A DNA stretch of 64,000 nt from a phage, in sequence record PZ445436.1; one strand, given 5' to 3'. Of the stretch, positions 51,917-61,276 are shown piece by piece (position 1 is the first letter of the stretch; each line of letters begins with the position of its first letter). The position numbers and the translations under genes are program-made. A model generated the notes under the pieces. That model searched no databases. It was not told the origin of the DNA and worked only from the letters and a program-made list of their open reading frames with translations.

Positions 51917-52519
51917 TTATAGATTAAATCCTTCAAAATCAAGAGTATAGATAGTGTATGTTGAATACTTTTTATACTCATATCTATCCGCAATTCTAAA
52001 TACACTTCCAGCTGGTATCATTACTTCCTGTTCATCTGAAACTAATTCCATATTACGATAACGATGACTATCCGGAAACTTAAAGTTTGGATTGTATTCT
52101 TTACAGCGTAGAGCTTTTATAGCATACTCCTGGAAATTGAATACCATAGGAGCTTTGAATTCAAAAATAACTTGTGTGTTATATTCTAAACCAGAAGCAA
52201 AATGTAGAGCTATATTTTTATCATATGAAGCTGATACTACTTTATCAAATGTAATAATATCAATTCCTTGATTTAATACTTGTTTAGTCTCAGCTGGAAC
52301 ACCTCTCCAAAGAGGTTTATCGTTTGGTTCCAAACGAGATTTGATTATTTCATTTAACCAAGTATGGTCATCTGGTTTATTAGTAATACAATGAATTAAA
52401 AGTTCAATTTCAGATAAATTAAACCCTTCAGAAAGTAATTCTTCACGAATAGAAGCACGCACCGATGCATCCATTGATTTTATTTTAAAATCTTTTAGTT
52501 GCATTACTGAGTATTTCAT
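51917..52519 (-). CDS. modA: ADP-ribosyltransferase ModA
   Basis: 200 aa; ART triad-like R (LWRG), S-x-S (SAS), E-x-E (EQEVMIP). Confidence 0.8.
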   Translation of the reverse strand: MKYSVMQLKDFKIKSMDASVRASIREELLSEGFNLSEIELLIHCITNKPDDHTWLNEIIKSRLEPNDKPLWRGVPAETKQVLNQGIDIITFDKVVSASYDKNIALHFASGLEYNTQVIFEFKAPMVFNFQEYAIKALRCKEYNPNFKFPDSHRYRNMELVSDEQEVMIPAGSVFRIADRYEYKKYSTYTIYTLDFEGFNL

Positions 52520-53139
52520 TCAACTACCTCAATATCATAAACTTTAAATGTTCCAAATGAATCGTGTAATTTTTCTTTTGAAATAGAAGTTATTCTATAC
52601 TTTCCAATTGGAATCATCCATTCCTGTTCACGCACAATCATCATTAAGTTATCAGTACGCTCTGAATCTAATCCATCAGTATCTTCATACGTGTACTTAA
52701 ACTCAGTATTAGGAGAAGAAAGTATAATATCGCTGATATGGTCAGAATAATTAAAAGCTTTATTAGTTTTTAAGCGAAGTATTATTTTAGTAAAATATTC
52801 AGCGTAAGAAAAAGAACATGCTGTGAGCAAACTAGTAGTAAATGAATCTACTCTATTCGTTGAAAACACTTCTCCAACTTGTAAATCTTTAATAAGTTCT
52901 TCTGTTGATTTTGATATACCACGATATAACTGATAAGGCGATTTAGTTAAATGCTTTTTAATGATTTTATTCAATTGCCGATGAAGAGCTTCATTCTTTT
53001 TAGCTTCCATACATTGCCAAAGAACAGACTGCTCAAAATCAGTAAATTTTTCACAGACCTTTTTATACATATCATATTGAAAATCGACGCTTTCAGCTTT
53101 TATAGATAACTGTTCAACATCTGCAAGATTAATAATCAT
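52516..53139 (-). CDS. modB: ADP-ribosyltransferase ModB
   Basis: 207 aa; R (LYRG), STS-like (FTTS), ExE (EQEWMIP); early promoter and GGAGG SD. Confidence 0.8.
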   Translation of the reverse strand: MIINLADVEQLSIKAESVDFQYDMYKKVCEKFTDFEQSVLWQCMEAKKNEALHRQLNKIIKKHLTKSPYQLYRGISKSTEELIKDLQVGEVFSTNRVDSFTTSLLTACSFSYAEYFTKIILRLKTNKAFNYSDHISDIILSSPNTEFKYTYEDTDGLDSERTDNLMMIVREQEWMIPIGKYRITSISKEKLHDSFGTFKVYDIEVVE

Positions 53140-53165
53140 GATAGCCTCCGTATACTTCAGAAGCT

Positions 53166-53195
53166 ATCATATCATCGTTAGAAAGGAAAGTAAAC
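53166..53195 (-). promoter_or_regulatory. T4 early-type promoter for modB
   Basis: GTTTAC, 18 nt, TGATATGAT. Confidence 0.55.
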
Positions 53196-53206
53196 AACTT
53201 TTTGAA

Positions 53207-53389
53207 TTATTTTGCCCAGGGAGCCCAAGGCGGAGGGTCAAGATGGTATGAAGCTAGTTCTTCTAGAAGAGCATCTGGGGCTTCAATTCCATAATTCTGT
53301 AATACTATACGGTATTCTTTCTTATAATCACTAGAATCATTCTGGATATTCGTAGAATGATTATCTTCTAACATCTCAAATAAATCCAT
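53207..53389 (-). CDS. hypothetical small protein
   Basis: 60-aa ORF. Confidence 0.4.
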   Translation of the reverse strand: MDLFEMLEDNHSTNIQNDSSDYKKEYRIVLQNYGIEAPDALLEELASYHLDPPPWAPWAK

Positions 53390-53397
53390 ACTAATTC

Positions 53398-53868
53398 CTA
53401 GCGATAAAAACCAAATTGACGATTAGCTTCAATAATCTTTCTTTCTTCTTCGGACATTCTCCAACGTAGTCCAACATCAAAATGAGCCCAGACCATCTTA
53501 ACAAATGCATTTATATCTTTAATATCTTCAATAATGAATGTTTTACTTTTAGAAGGTTGACTCGCTAATTTAACTTTATCGTCTTCAAACATGTCAAAAA
53601 GACCATATTCATGAGCTCTTTTATAGCCTTTAATAGTTAAAGCTTCGGAAGAAGAAAACGGTGAATCAGTATTCTGTAAAATATCTTCAGTATGCTTTAT
53701 AATTAGAATAACATTTTCTGGATATTTTCTTTCTTTTATATCTTTAATTAAAAAATCCGGATTTTCTGCTAAAGGAATAATTAATGAGCATTTTTTATCA
53801 AGTGTATTTACTGATTTACCTTCTTTGGACATAAATTCTATTGAATATAATTTTGCTACTTCAATCAT
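53398..53868 (-). CDS. hypothetical protein
   Basis: 156-aa ORF. Confidence 0.5.
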   Translation of the reverse strand: MIEVAKLYSIEFMSKEGKSVNTLDKKCSLIIPLAENPDFLIKDIKERKYPENVILIIKHTEDILQNTDSPFSSSEALTIKGYKRAHEYGLFDMFEDDKVKLASQPSKSKTFIIEDIKDINAFVKMVWAHFDVGLRWRMSEEERKIIEANRQFGFYR

Positions 53869-54025
53869 GTGATTTCCTTTTGCCTACTAATGGACCGTCA
53901 GGAATTTTATTTTCCTGGATATACTTCTCATTTTCTTCCATCATTTTACTGCCAATTTTAAGAAGCAAATCCAAGGCTTCATTTGCTTTAGCCTTTGCCT
54001 CTTCTAACGTCATATCTTTGCTCAT
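53861..54025 (-). CDS. possible 54-aa protein
   Basis: ATGA overlaps at both ends; [31 protein letters not shown]... Confidence 0.35.
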   Translation of the reverse strand: MSKDMTLEEAKAKANEALDLLLKIGSKMMEENEKYIQENKIPDGPLVGKRKSHD

Positions 54026-54225
54026 GATTTATCACCATAGATGTCTCTCATCAATTTAAGCGCTGAGAGTTCTAATTTCTTTTCTTTCTCAGCACTAATC
54101 ATTGATTTCATCCATTCTTCCGATTCGTTCTGCATTTCTTTATTTGCTTGTTCAACCCAACCATCATCAATATACATTGAGTTTGGTCTATTGAACCATT
54201 CAAGAATCTTCTTGAGAGCTTTCAT
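54022..54225 (-). CDS. hypothetical protein
   Basis: 67-aa ORF. Confidence 0.45.
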   Translation of the reverse strand: MKALKKILEWFNRPNSMYIDDGWVEQANKEMQNESEEWMKSMISAEKEKKLELSALKLMRDIYGDKS

Positions 54226-54685
54226 TTATTTTACCTAAAACGATAGTATGGACACCGTCAAATTCATGAATTTTTAGCAAATTTGGATTTAAATTATTCC
54301 ATAAAGAGGTAATAAAATATGATAGCGCACTTTCGTCCGTAATTATAAATTTATTTCCCTTATCAATTTTCCAGTCATATATTGAATCATATGAATAGAA
54401 GGATAACGGTTTATTATTATAGTATGCTTCAGCAACATCAATATAGTTAGATTTAGTAAATGCTTGAATTGCCATAAATGGAGAATTTTGTACAGTTTCA
54501 ATAATTCCGATCTTTTTAAGTTTTATTTCAACATCTTCTGGAACTGGCATTGAAATAAAATCTTCTACTAGATACATGTCATTGTCATATCTTTTATCAA
54601 TCATTACTGCTACTGTAATTGGAACATCCTTGACAAACGCCATATTAATACTATTGATAGACATTTCAAACAAAATCGCTTCCAT
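54200..54685 (-). CDS. hypothetical protein
   Basis: about 161 aa from internal ATG ([11 protein letters not shown]...); track start is a TTG. Confidence 0.45.
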   Translation of the reverse strand: MEAILFEMSINSINMAFVKDVPITVAVMIDKRYDNDMYLVEDFISMPVPEDVEIKLKKIGIIETVQNSPFMAIQAFTKSNYIDVAEAYYNNKPLSFYSYDSIYDWKIDKGNKFIITDESALSYFITSLWNNLNPNLLKIHEFDGVHTIVLGKINESSQEDS

Positions 54686-54693
54686 AATTTTCC

Positions 54694-55035
54694 TCAATCG
54701 CAAGATGTAGATGAACAACTAGAATCACAAGAACTTCCACATGAATCGCCCGTCCATACATGAACAGGAACATTGGTGTCATATGAATCAGAACTAGACT
54801 GTGTATTCTGTGCATTAGATGATGTAGTAGGTACTGACCAGCGCCAAGGATTTTTATAATATTCTTGGGCTTCTTCATAAGTCATAGTAACTGCTTCTAC
54901 TGTTCCATCTCCCATATAAACATATTCAACTACAGTTAAAGGAAGATAGTCATTTGAAATAGGAACTACACCTTCTCCCGGAGTTGTAGAGAAAAAATCT
55001 GTAAAGAAATTTTTAAACAAATTAAAGATAAACAT
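54694..55035 (-). CDS. hypothetical protein with Cys/Ser-rich C-terminal tail
   Basis: 113 aa ending [18 protein letters not shown]. Confidence 0.5.
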   Translation of the reverse strand: MFIFNLFKNFFTDFFSTTPGEGVVPISNDYLPLTVVEYVYMGDGTVEAVTMTYEEAQEYYKNPWRWSVPTTSSNAQNTQSSSDSYDTNVPVHVWTGDSCGSSCDSSCSSTSCD

Positions 55036-55241
55036 TACAAAAAGCCTCTTTTGAATTCGACTTGCTTCTCACCATAATCATATCGAATCTCTGCGTTAAA
55101 TTCAACAGAACCATCTGCGTACATCATAAATGAATGCACAACAACTTCTGTAGACCATGGTTGCAATTCATATTTCTTCATTACATGCCGTGAAATGATA
55201 ATATCTAAATCTTCATTTGGTTTAATCCAACGATTTAACAT
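55035..55241 (-). CDS. hypothetical protein
   Basis: 68 aa; GAGGAG SD; early promoter upstream. Confidence 0.5.
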   Translation of the reverse strand: MLNRWIKPNEDLDIIISRHVMKKYELQPWSTEVVVHSFMMYADGSVEFNAEIRYDYGEKQVEFKRGFL

Positions 55242-55267
55242 AGTGCTCTCCTCTATAAGATAATTCT

Positions 55268-55297
55268 ATTATACCATACTCATTTTGATATGTAAAC
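55268..55297 (-). promoter_or_regulatory. T4 early-type promoter
   Basis: GTTTAC, 18 nt, TGGTATAAT. Confidence 0.65.
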
Positions 55298-55300
55298 TGC

Positions 55301-55335
55301 AAAAACGAAAAAAGGAACCCCGAAGGATTCCTTAA
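55301..55335 (-). terminator. rho-independent terminator after soc
   Basis: GGAAUCC-UUCG-GGGUUCC then UUUUUUCGUUUUUG. Confidence 0.7.
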
Positions 55336-55338
55336 ATT

Positions 55339-55596
55339 TTAACCACCAATACCTGGAGTTGGCGTAACAGTCCAAAGACCTTCATTAGCAGTGATCCATT
55401 CAGTACGCTGATTTTCTTCATATACTGTAGAATATGCTGCTTTTTCAGAAGGGAATGTCTGATAATGAGCACCAGAAATTTTGTGAACATCAGAATAAAG
55501 AGGGAAAGCTACAGAAATTTCTTTACCCTGAATTGTACCACCATCAACTGCTTGGTCAAATGTTTTGATATTAACATAACCGCGAGTACTAGCCAT
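55339..55596 (-). CDS. soc: small outer capsid protein Soc
   Basis: 85 aa, matches T4 Soc as recalled; late promoter and terminator. Confidence 0.9.
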   Translation of the reverse strand: MASTRGYVNIKTFDQAVDGGTIQGKEISVAFPLYSDVHKISGAHYQTFPSEKAAYSTVYEENQRTEWITANEGLWTVTPTPGIGG

Positions 55597-55612
55597 GTAA
55601 TTCTCCTTTTAT

Positions 55613-55822
55613 TTAAATTACATGATTATTTATAATAAATTCTCGCGGAACGTTAAAATACCCGATTTTAGTTAATATAACAACATCACCGTTAATAATT
55701 ACCGGAGAATAATCTTCTGGAGCATTAAATTTCCAATGGGCTCTAATATTATATCCATCAGAACCAAATGCTCGAGTAGCCGGTCTCCCGGCTTTTTGCC
55801 ACGCGTAGAAATCAAATTTCAT
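55613..55822 (-). CDS. hypothetical protein
   Basis: 69-aa ORF. Confidence 0.45.
   Translation of the reverse strand: MKFDFYAWQKAGRPATRAFGSDGYNIRAHWKFNAPEDYSPVIINGDVVILTKIGYFNVPREFIINNHVI
55627..55634 (-). promoter_or_regulatory. late promoter TATAAATA for soc
   Basis: exact match about 30 nt before soc ATG; AAGGAG SD. Confidence 0.7.
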
Positions 55823-56013
55823 TTTGAATGATCTATAATTAATTTTAAATCTTCTTCACTGACAAAAATTTCGTCAGGACCTTCTATAACTTCAACCATA
55901 CGAAGTTGATTAGTTAAGAGCTCACATACGAGCTCCTTGTTATAATCTTTAAATAGCTGGTCAATACGTTTCTTATGGGCTTTCTTAAGCTGACGCTTAT
56001 TTAAACGAGCCAT
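55819..56013 (-). CDS. hypothetical basic protein
   Basis: 64-aa ORF. Confidence 0.45.
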   Translation of the reverse strand: MARLNKRQLKKAHKKRIDQLFKDYNKELVCELLTNQLRMVEVIEGPDEIFVSEEDLKLIIDHSK

Positions 56014-56531
56014 TAATAACCTCGGTCTTGACGAGCGAAGTTTTCAGCATTTTTCAGGTAATAAAGTTTAAAGATTTCTTCAGCTGACATTCCAAGAGCA
56101 ATAAATTTATTCATGAAAAAGTGAAATTGATCAATCAGTTCAAATTTAATTTCAAGTTGATCTTCAGGAGATAAGTCTTGAATTTTCTTGGATTGCATTT
56201 CAGAATAACGTTTCTTCCAAGGTTTCCATACAGCAGAAGCTTCTTTTTCACCATTACTCATACCACCAAGAGAAGTATATAGCTCGCGAGTTTCGTCTGC
56301 AATATAATCGTCTTGGTTTCGCAACCAAGCAAGAACTTCTCCTGCAGTTTCAAGTGAATCAGGATGACGATTTGTTTCTGGTTTATCATTAGCCAAACGA
56401 ATCTGTAAATGCCGCTGCATATCAAGCATAACCTGCAGTGGGTCAATATTGTGCATAATATTCTCAGCATATGCACGATTTGCTTTATCAACACCTTCGA
56501 TCAAATGAGCACATTCATTAAAGTGAGCCAT
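56013..56531 (-). CDS. 56: dCTPase/dUTPase (gene 56)
   Basis: 172 aa from ATG 56529-56531 (MAHFNECAHLIEG...); MotA-box middle promoter upstream. Confidence 0.85.
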   Translation of the reverse strand: MAHFNECAHLIEGVDKANRAYAENIMHNIDPLQVMLDMQRHLQIRLANDKPETNRHPDSLETAGEVLAWLRNQDDYIADETRELYTSLGGMSNGEKEASAVWKPWKKRYSEMQSKKIQDLSPEDQLEIKFELIDQFHFFMNKFIALGMSAEEIFKLYYLKNAENFARQDRGY

Positions 56532-56565
56532 TATTTTTCCTTTCAATTCATGGGTTAGTAGATTA

Positions 56566-56589
56566 ATTATACAATAAATATATAAAGCA
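56566..56589 (-). promoter_or_regulatory. MotA-dependent middle promoter for gene 56
   Basis: TTGCTTTA MotA box, 11-nt spacer, TATAAT. Confidence 0.6.
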
Positions 56590-56602
56590 ATAAGGAGGAC
56601 AT

Positions 56603-56803
56603 ATGGTACAAAAATTAATGGCACTTGTTAATGCCATCAAAGGTAATAAAAAGCGTATAGCTTTTACTATTTCTGCTATGGTAGGAATTTTACTCTGGAA
56701 CTTTATTTTATCACCTGTTGCAATTGCACATGGTATTAATATTCCAGTAGTTACTCTTGATACATTCGTAGATTTAGCATTTGCTTTAGTTGGGTTAATT
56801 TAA
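56603..56803 (+). CDS. possible 66-aa two-helix membrane protein on opposite strand
   Basis: TAAGGAGG 4 nt before ATG 56603; hydrophobic segments; only plus-strand ORF in the minus-strand block that does not overlap a minus gene body. Confidence 0.35.
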   Translation: MVQKLMALVNAIKGNKKRIAFTISAMVGILLWNFILSPVAIAHGINIPVVTLDTFVDLAFALVGLI

Positions 56804-57828
56804 ATCTTGGCATATTTAGATAGCCGCATTTTAGCCATCAACCCCTGCGCAATATTATTTTTCATATATTCCATAATTTGTTCAGGGGTTGCACCTTCCT
56901 TTCTAATCATATCATTAACATCTTTTGATTTCCAGGGAGATTTATCCCAAAACATAACCCTTTCTCCTGCATCAACTAATTTAGTCATTCGCTTAATAGT
57001 GTCAGGATGACGAGGTTCATTATCTAAAACCCACACTCGTCTATCTTTAAATGGAACAACTTCTAGGTCTAATTGACCACCTGTAATAGCTATACCATTT
57101 TCAATAAAAAGTGAATCTATAGGTCCTTCTAGAACATATACATCACCATCTTTAACTCGTTCAACACCGTAAATTTTTGTTGCCTCAGGATAAGCTTTAA
57201 TGGTGATATATTTTTGAGGAGCATCTTTCTTTAATGCACGTCCTTGAAAAGACTCAGCTTTTCCATTAGCATTATAAATTGGAATAACAAGACGAGGCTC
57301 AGAAATTTCCTTTTTGTATGTTCCCGGTGCTATGCTATTAACTAATTTAGGCCATTCGGTTGTAAACCAAAGATATTTCCATTTATCCTTTGGAATACAA
57401 CGAGCTTTTACATATTTTATAATTGGATGGTCTTCCGCCAGTTTATCTAATCTAACACATGACGGAAGAGATTTAATTATTTTCTTCTCAGGTTGCTTAG
57501 GAAGTTCTTTAGGTTTTTCTACTGGACGACTTTTACCTTTTTCTTTTCTTATTTCAAAGATATACTCACGATATAAATCAGGTTCAAACTCCTTTAAATA
57601 TATTCCTATCGGTGCATGATAGTTACAGTTATAACAATGAATATTTCCTTCATTATTATCACCATAATACCATCCACGAGCTTTATTCTGGTCGGTTTTT
57701 GAATCTCCACAAACAGGGCATCTAAACCGCAATTTAAAAGTTGAACTATTATTTACTTGTGTGAATTTAGGTAAATGAGCTAATGCACGGTATGCAAACT
57801 CATTATCAATCCAAGGTATTGATGACAT
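56800..57828 (-). CDS. 61: DNA primase gp61
   Basis: 342 aa; N-terminal zinc ribbon CPVCGDS...CYNC; Toprim region. Confidence 0.9.
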   Translation of the reverse strand: MSSIPWIDNEFAYRALAHLPKFTQVNNSSTFKLRFRCPVCGDSKTDQNKARGWYYGDNNEGNIHCYNCNYHAPIGIYLKEFEPDLYREYIFEIRKEKGKSRPVEKPKELPKQPEKKIIKSLPSCVRLDKLAEDHPIIKYVKARCIPKDKWKYLWFTTEWPKLVNSIAPGTYKKEISEPRLVIPIYNANGKAESFQGRALKKDAPQKYITIKAYPEATKIYGVERVKDGDVYVLEGPIDSLFIENGIAITGGQLDLEVVPFKDRRVWVLDNEPRHPDTIKRMTKLVDAGERVMFWDKSPWKSKDVNDMIRKEGATPEQIMEYMKNNIAQGLMAKMRLSKYAKI

Positions 57829-57830
57829 TT

Positions 57831-57995
57831 TTACTCTTCTTTTTCTTTAGATTCCTCTTTTTTCTTTTTAGGAATCTGTTCAGGACCTTTATTTACTACA
57901 GCACCTGATGTTGTTCCAGTAGAGATATTTTCAGGATTACCACCTGAATCTCCAGCAACCATATCTTCTTTGATAAATTCTTTATATGTTTTCAT
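57831..57995 (-). CDS. possible 54-aa hydrophilic protein (61.1-like)
   Basis: MKTYKEFIKEDMVAGDSGGNPENIS...KKKKEESKEKEE; below track cutoff. Confidence 0.4.
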   Translation of the reverse strand: MKTYKEFIKEDMVAGDSGGNPENISTGTTSGAVVNKGPEQIPKKKKEESKEKEE

Positions 57996-57996
57996 A

Positions 57997-58623
57997 TTAA
58001 CCTCTATTCATAAAAGCATTAAAAATTTGGTCATCAATAGAAACATTTACTTTAGACTGTTTTTCTGATGGTAATTCATATCCACATATTACAATTTTGT
58101 GATCAATATCAAAATACACAGAAGCAATATGATTAATGATGTTTTCAGTAAAGTCTAAATCAACATCAATATCTTTTTGACCACAGCCCAAAGGATAAAT
58201 AATGCGAGTAATTCGATTATCTTTAACAAATATTCCACCGACATACTCTGTGCTGCGTTTAAAGTCTACACGCCGACGAAATGAAAAATATTCAGGCTCT
58301 CTATGAGCTCGGCTCATAGGACACAACGAGTAACTAGAATAAGAGATGTCAAATCCTACGCCTTCAATATGAGCCAAAGTGTCATGATTAAACCAATTAT
58401 AATCGTACGCCAAATCCATTAGATTATAATATGTAAAAGGCACCGGATTAACATCATTAGTCACAAGCATGTAATTAGCAACTGCTATAATTTCATTGTT
58501 TTTAACGAATACAAACCGTGATTGATGCGAATGACCTGGACCCGCGTTTTCACGATTAATGATATAACACTGGGCACCTTTATATTTGTATGTATCTTTG
58601 CATTTGTGCATTTGATAGAGCAT
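57997..58623 (-). CDS. hypothetical protein at the 61.2 position (possible anti-DarT factor AdfA homologue, by position only)
   Basis: 208-aa ORF between sp and 61. Confidence 0.35.
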   Translation of the reverse strand: MLYQMHKCKDTYKYKGAQCYIINRENAGPGHSHQSRFVFVKNNEIIAVANYMLVTNDVNPVPFTYYNLMDLAYDYNWFNHDTLAHIEGVGFDISYSSYSLCPMSRAHREPEYFSFRRRVDFKRSTEYVGGIFVKDNRITRIIYPLGCGQKDIDVDLDFTENIINHIASVYFDIDHKIVICGYELPSEKQSKVNVSIDDQIFNAFMNRG

Positions 58624-58916
58624 TATTCACCTACCACTTCAGCGATGATATTTTTATTATTAAAGTTTTTATCGCAATACAGAACATAATTATACTGCAT
58701 TACACCACCAGACTTAAGCTGTTTTTGCACTTCGGCTTTCATTTCAGGACGATCGCGCTCAACGATATTCATAATATCTGCTTCAATTTGGGTTTCAACT
58801 TCAGTCTGATCCGCAATCATAGACCATTCGCACAAATCTTTATCATAGCCTGCCATAGCAGGCTGAGCAGCACAAGAAGCTAAAGCAAAAATTGTAGCAA
58901 AGATAAATTTTTTCAT
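58623..58916 (-). CDS. sp: Spackle periplasmic protein
   Basis: 97 aa with cleavable signal peptide; T4 Sp length and position. Confidence 0.75.
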   Translation of the reverse strand: MKKFIFATIFALASCAAQPAMAGYDKDLCEWSMIADQTEVETQIEADIMNIVERDRPEMKAEVQKQLKSGGVMQYNYVLYCDKNFNNKNIIAEVVGE

Positions 58917-58976
58917 GATAATCTCCTCAGTAGTTTATGTTTATATAGTATCTCAATTTCCAATAAAAGTAAACAG

Positions 58977-59276
58977 TTATTTTAAAATTTTTGCATAATC
59001 ACATGTTACAAACTGTTTCTCTAGCTTGACGATTTTACGAAAGTATCTTTTGCATTGGCGAATCTGTCGCTTCGTAGGACGTACAGCAAACTTAATAAAT
59101 TCCACTCGACCAAATGGAGGGCTTTCTTCTGCTGGAATATCTAACACCAATTCCCACGTATCTGCAATAAGTGCTTTGAATTGCGTATTTTTCCTGACGT
59201 TATACGGAGTAGGTTTAAATAAAACAATATGCATATTATCCTCGGCAATCCACTTCACATACTTTCTTGTCATCAA
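58977..59276 (-). CDS. hypothetical protein (61.4-like)
   Basis: ORF; true start probably internal ATG near 59234 to avoid 41-nt overlap with dmd. Confidence 0.45.
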   Translation of the reverse strand: MMTRKYVKWIAEDNMHIVLFKPTPYNVRKNTQFKALIADTWELVLDIPAEESPPFGRVEFIKFAVRPTKRQIRQCKRYFRKIVKLEKQFVTCDYAKILK

Positions 59277-59418
59277 TGAAAGCTTTAACTAATGCTTTAT
59301 TAACTTCAGCATACTGAGTAGTAGCCCATTGAACGTCATCTTTCATCATTGTGGTTTCTTTAGTAAACATGCTTTCATTCTTAAACCACCCCATAAAAAC
59401 TACCTTTACCAATTCCAT
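59236..59418 (-). CDS. dmd: Dmd antitoxin (inhibitor of host RnlA/LsoA RNase toxins)
   Basis: 60 aa matching T4 Dmd as recalled; GAGGAG SD; early promoter. Confidence 0.85.
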   Translation of the reverse strand: MELVKVVFMGWFKNESMFTKETTMMKDDVQWATTQYAEVNKALVKAFIDDKKVCEVDCRG

Positions 59419-59447
59419 AACAATCTCCTCATTTAACCAACAAGACT

Positions 59448-59477
59448 ACTATACCATAGTCTCGTTAGCTTGTAAAC
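59448..59477 (-). promoter_or_regulatory. T4 early-type promoter for dmd
   Basis: GTTTAC, 18 nt, TGGTATAGT; -10 flanked by AGACTA/TAGTCT inverted repeat. Confidence 0.65.
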
Positions 59478-60904
59478 TAAAATTTTAATTCATTCGCCAA
59501 AGCATCTAACTGAGCTCGGGTGGATTCATTTCTTTGATAGCGATTCTGTTCAGCCTGAATCTGCTGTGAACCTGCTACTTCACTCACTTCAGTTGGAGTA
59601 GAATCTTGTTCAATTTCTACCCATTTCTGATTTCCCTTTTGAACACCCATCAAAAACTTATTCCACTTATTCTTATCGCCATATCGTGATTTAATTTGCT
59701 TAATGAGTTGTTGTTCAGCAGCTGCTAGCTCCTCGGTTTCAATGACCGCAAGCATAAAATCAGCTGTTGCTGGAAGACCAGCAGATTCTGCAATATCGCT
59801 CATGTTAACATCAGAAGAATCCCAAGCCTGTTTACCAACCTGTGCTGCAGTCCAAAGAACAGTTTCGGTTTCAACAGCTAGAGCACGCAATTCCTCTGCA
59901 ATAGCTTTAACAGTTGTGTAACTATTTTCTGAATAAACTCGGATGCGACAAGATTTACAAATACCTAGATAGTCGACAATAATGATTGTTGGAACAAAAT
60001 TCTTTTTGAGCTTCAATTCATTCAATAGAGACCTGAATGTGTTAGCATCTGCCCCACCAGTAGGATACTGTTTAACGATTAAACGGCCGAGAGTAGATTT
60101 CTCACGCCATTTTTCCATTTTTCCTTTATACTCAGCGTAAGAAATATGCCCATCATCAATGTCATCAAGAGAAACATCAAGCATATTAGCATCAATACGT
60201 TTAGCACAGACTTCTTCTGCCATTTCCATGGAAATGTAAAGAACATTATGTCCGAGCTGTAAATAATCTGCTGCCAATGAACACAATCCTAATGACTTAC
60301 CAACGTTAACGCCAGCCATTAAAACGTTCAGTGTTCCAGTCTCAGCTCCGCCTTTCGTAATTTTGTTTAGAATTCTGAGTTTAAATGGAACCTTACGAGC
60401 TTTATTCATATAAGATAGCCAACGTGCTTCGTAGTCATCCATCCAATCATGACCAACGTAACTATCAAATGAAATTGATAATGCTTGGCGCATGATGTCA
60501 GGAATAGCACCAACATCCGGCATTTTCTTATTTCGTTTTTCCGGAGGAAGTTCAGCATTAGTTTGAATTTCGATTATTTTAGACGTAGCATTAAACATCG
60601 CCCTTTGCTGAACATATTTTTCTGTTTCTTTTATTAACCAACTGTGGTCTTCCGGAGAATCAGCCAGTTTTGAAATAAGTGTTTTTACACCAGAATATTC
60701 TGTTTCAGTAAATGAACTATTTTCTAATGCAACATTTAACGCATTAATAGATGGAACGCTATGATACTCATTGACATGAGATTTAATTAATTTGAATGTA
60801 TTTTTAGCTGGACCACTTTCAAAATATTCTGAATCCATATATGGCCAAACTTTTGAAAAATAAGCTTGATCAAATATGAGATGAGAAAGAATAATTTCTA
60901 CCAC
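59477..60904 (-). CDS. 41: replicative DNA helicase gp41 (DnaB family)
   Basis: 475 aa; Walker A GVNVGKS. Confidence 0.9.
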   Translation of the reverse strand: MVEIILSHLIFDQAYFSKVWPYMDSEYFESGPAKNTFKLIKSHVNEYHSVPSINALNVALENSSFTETEYSGVKTLISKLADSPEDHSWLIKETEKYVQQRAMFNATSKIIEIQTNAELPPEKRNKKMPDVGAIPDIMRQALSISFDSYVGHDWMDDYEARWLSYMNKARKVPFKLRILNKITKGGAETGTLNVLMAGVNVGKSLGLCSLAADYLQLGHNVLYISMEMAEEVCAKRIDANMLDVSLDDIDDGHISYAEYKGKMEKWREKSTLGRLIVKQYPTGGADANTFRSLLNELKLKKNFVPTIIIVDYLGICKSCRIRVYSENSYTTVKAIAEELRALAVETETVLWTAAQVGKQAWDSSDVNMSDIAESAGLPATADFMLAVIETEELAAAEQQLIKQIKSRYGDKNKWNKFLMGVQKGNQKWVEIEQDSTPTEVSEVAGSQQIQAEQNRYQRNESTRAQLDALANELKF

Positions 60905-60913
60905 ACTTACTCC

Positions 60914-61276
60914 TTAAAAGAATTTAAATTTTTTCTTTGACCTTTTATTAAATGCATCTTGCAGTTGCATTGTAATACATTTTTCTACATGAGGAGCTAA
61001 CTCAGCTTTTCTTTCTTGGTCAAGAACAGCAAAGTCCATTACAACCTTTCCATCAACCCAATCCAGTTTAGTTACATACACTATATGCGTAGAACCATCT
61101 TCTAGTTTAATGACAATCTCCTGGATAACATTTTCCATAGCAGATTTAATTATCTTAAGAGACTCATTAAAAAGACGTTCTTTTCTTTCTTCTTCCCCCT
61201 CCGAAGAGGGGGATTCATCGATAATTTCCAGATCTAAATCTAAATCATCTTTATTCATTAAATTCTTCCATATCAC
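60914..61276 (-). CDS. gp40-like head vertex assembly protein
   Basis: 120-aa acidic ORF between uvsX and 41. Confidence 0.55.
   Translation of the reverse strand: MIWKNLMNKDDLDLDLEIIDESPSSEGEEERKERLFNESLKIIKSAMENVIQEIVIKLEDGSTHIVYVTKLDWVDGKVVMDFAVLDQERKAELAPHVEKCITMQLQDAFNKRSKKKFKFF
61194..61213 (-). other. intragenic CUUCGG hairpin inside the gp40-like ORF
   Basis: CCCCCUC-UUCG-GAGGGGG, encoding SPSSEGEE. Confidence 0.5.
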
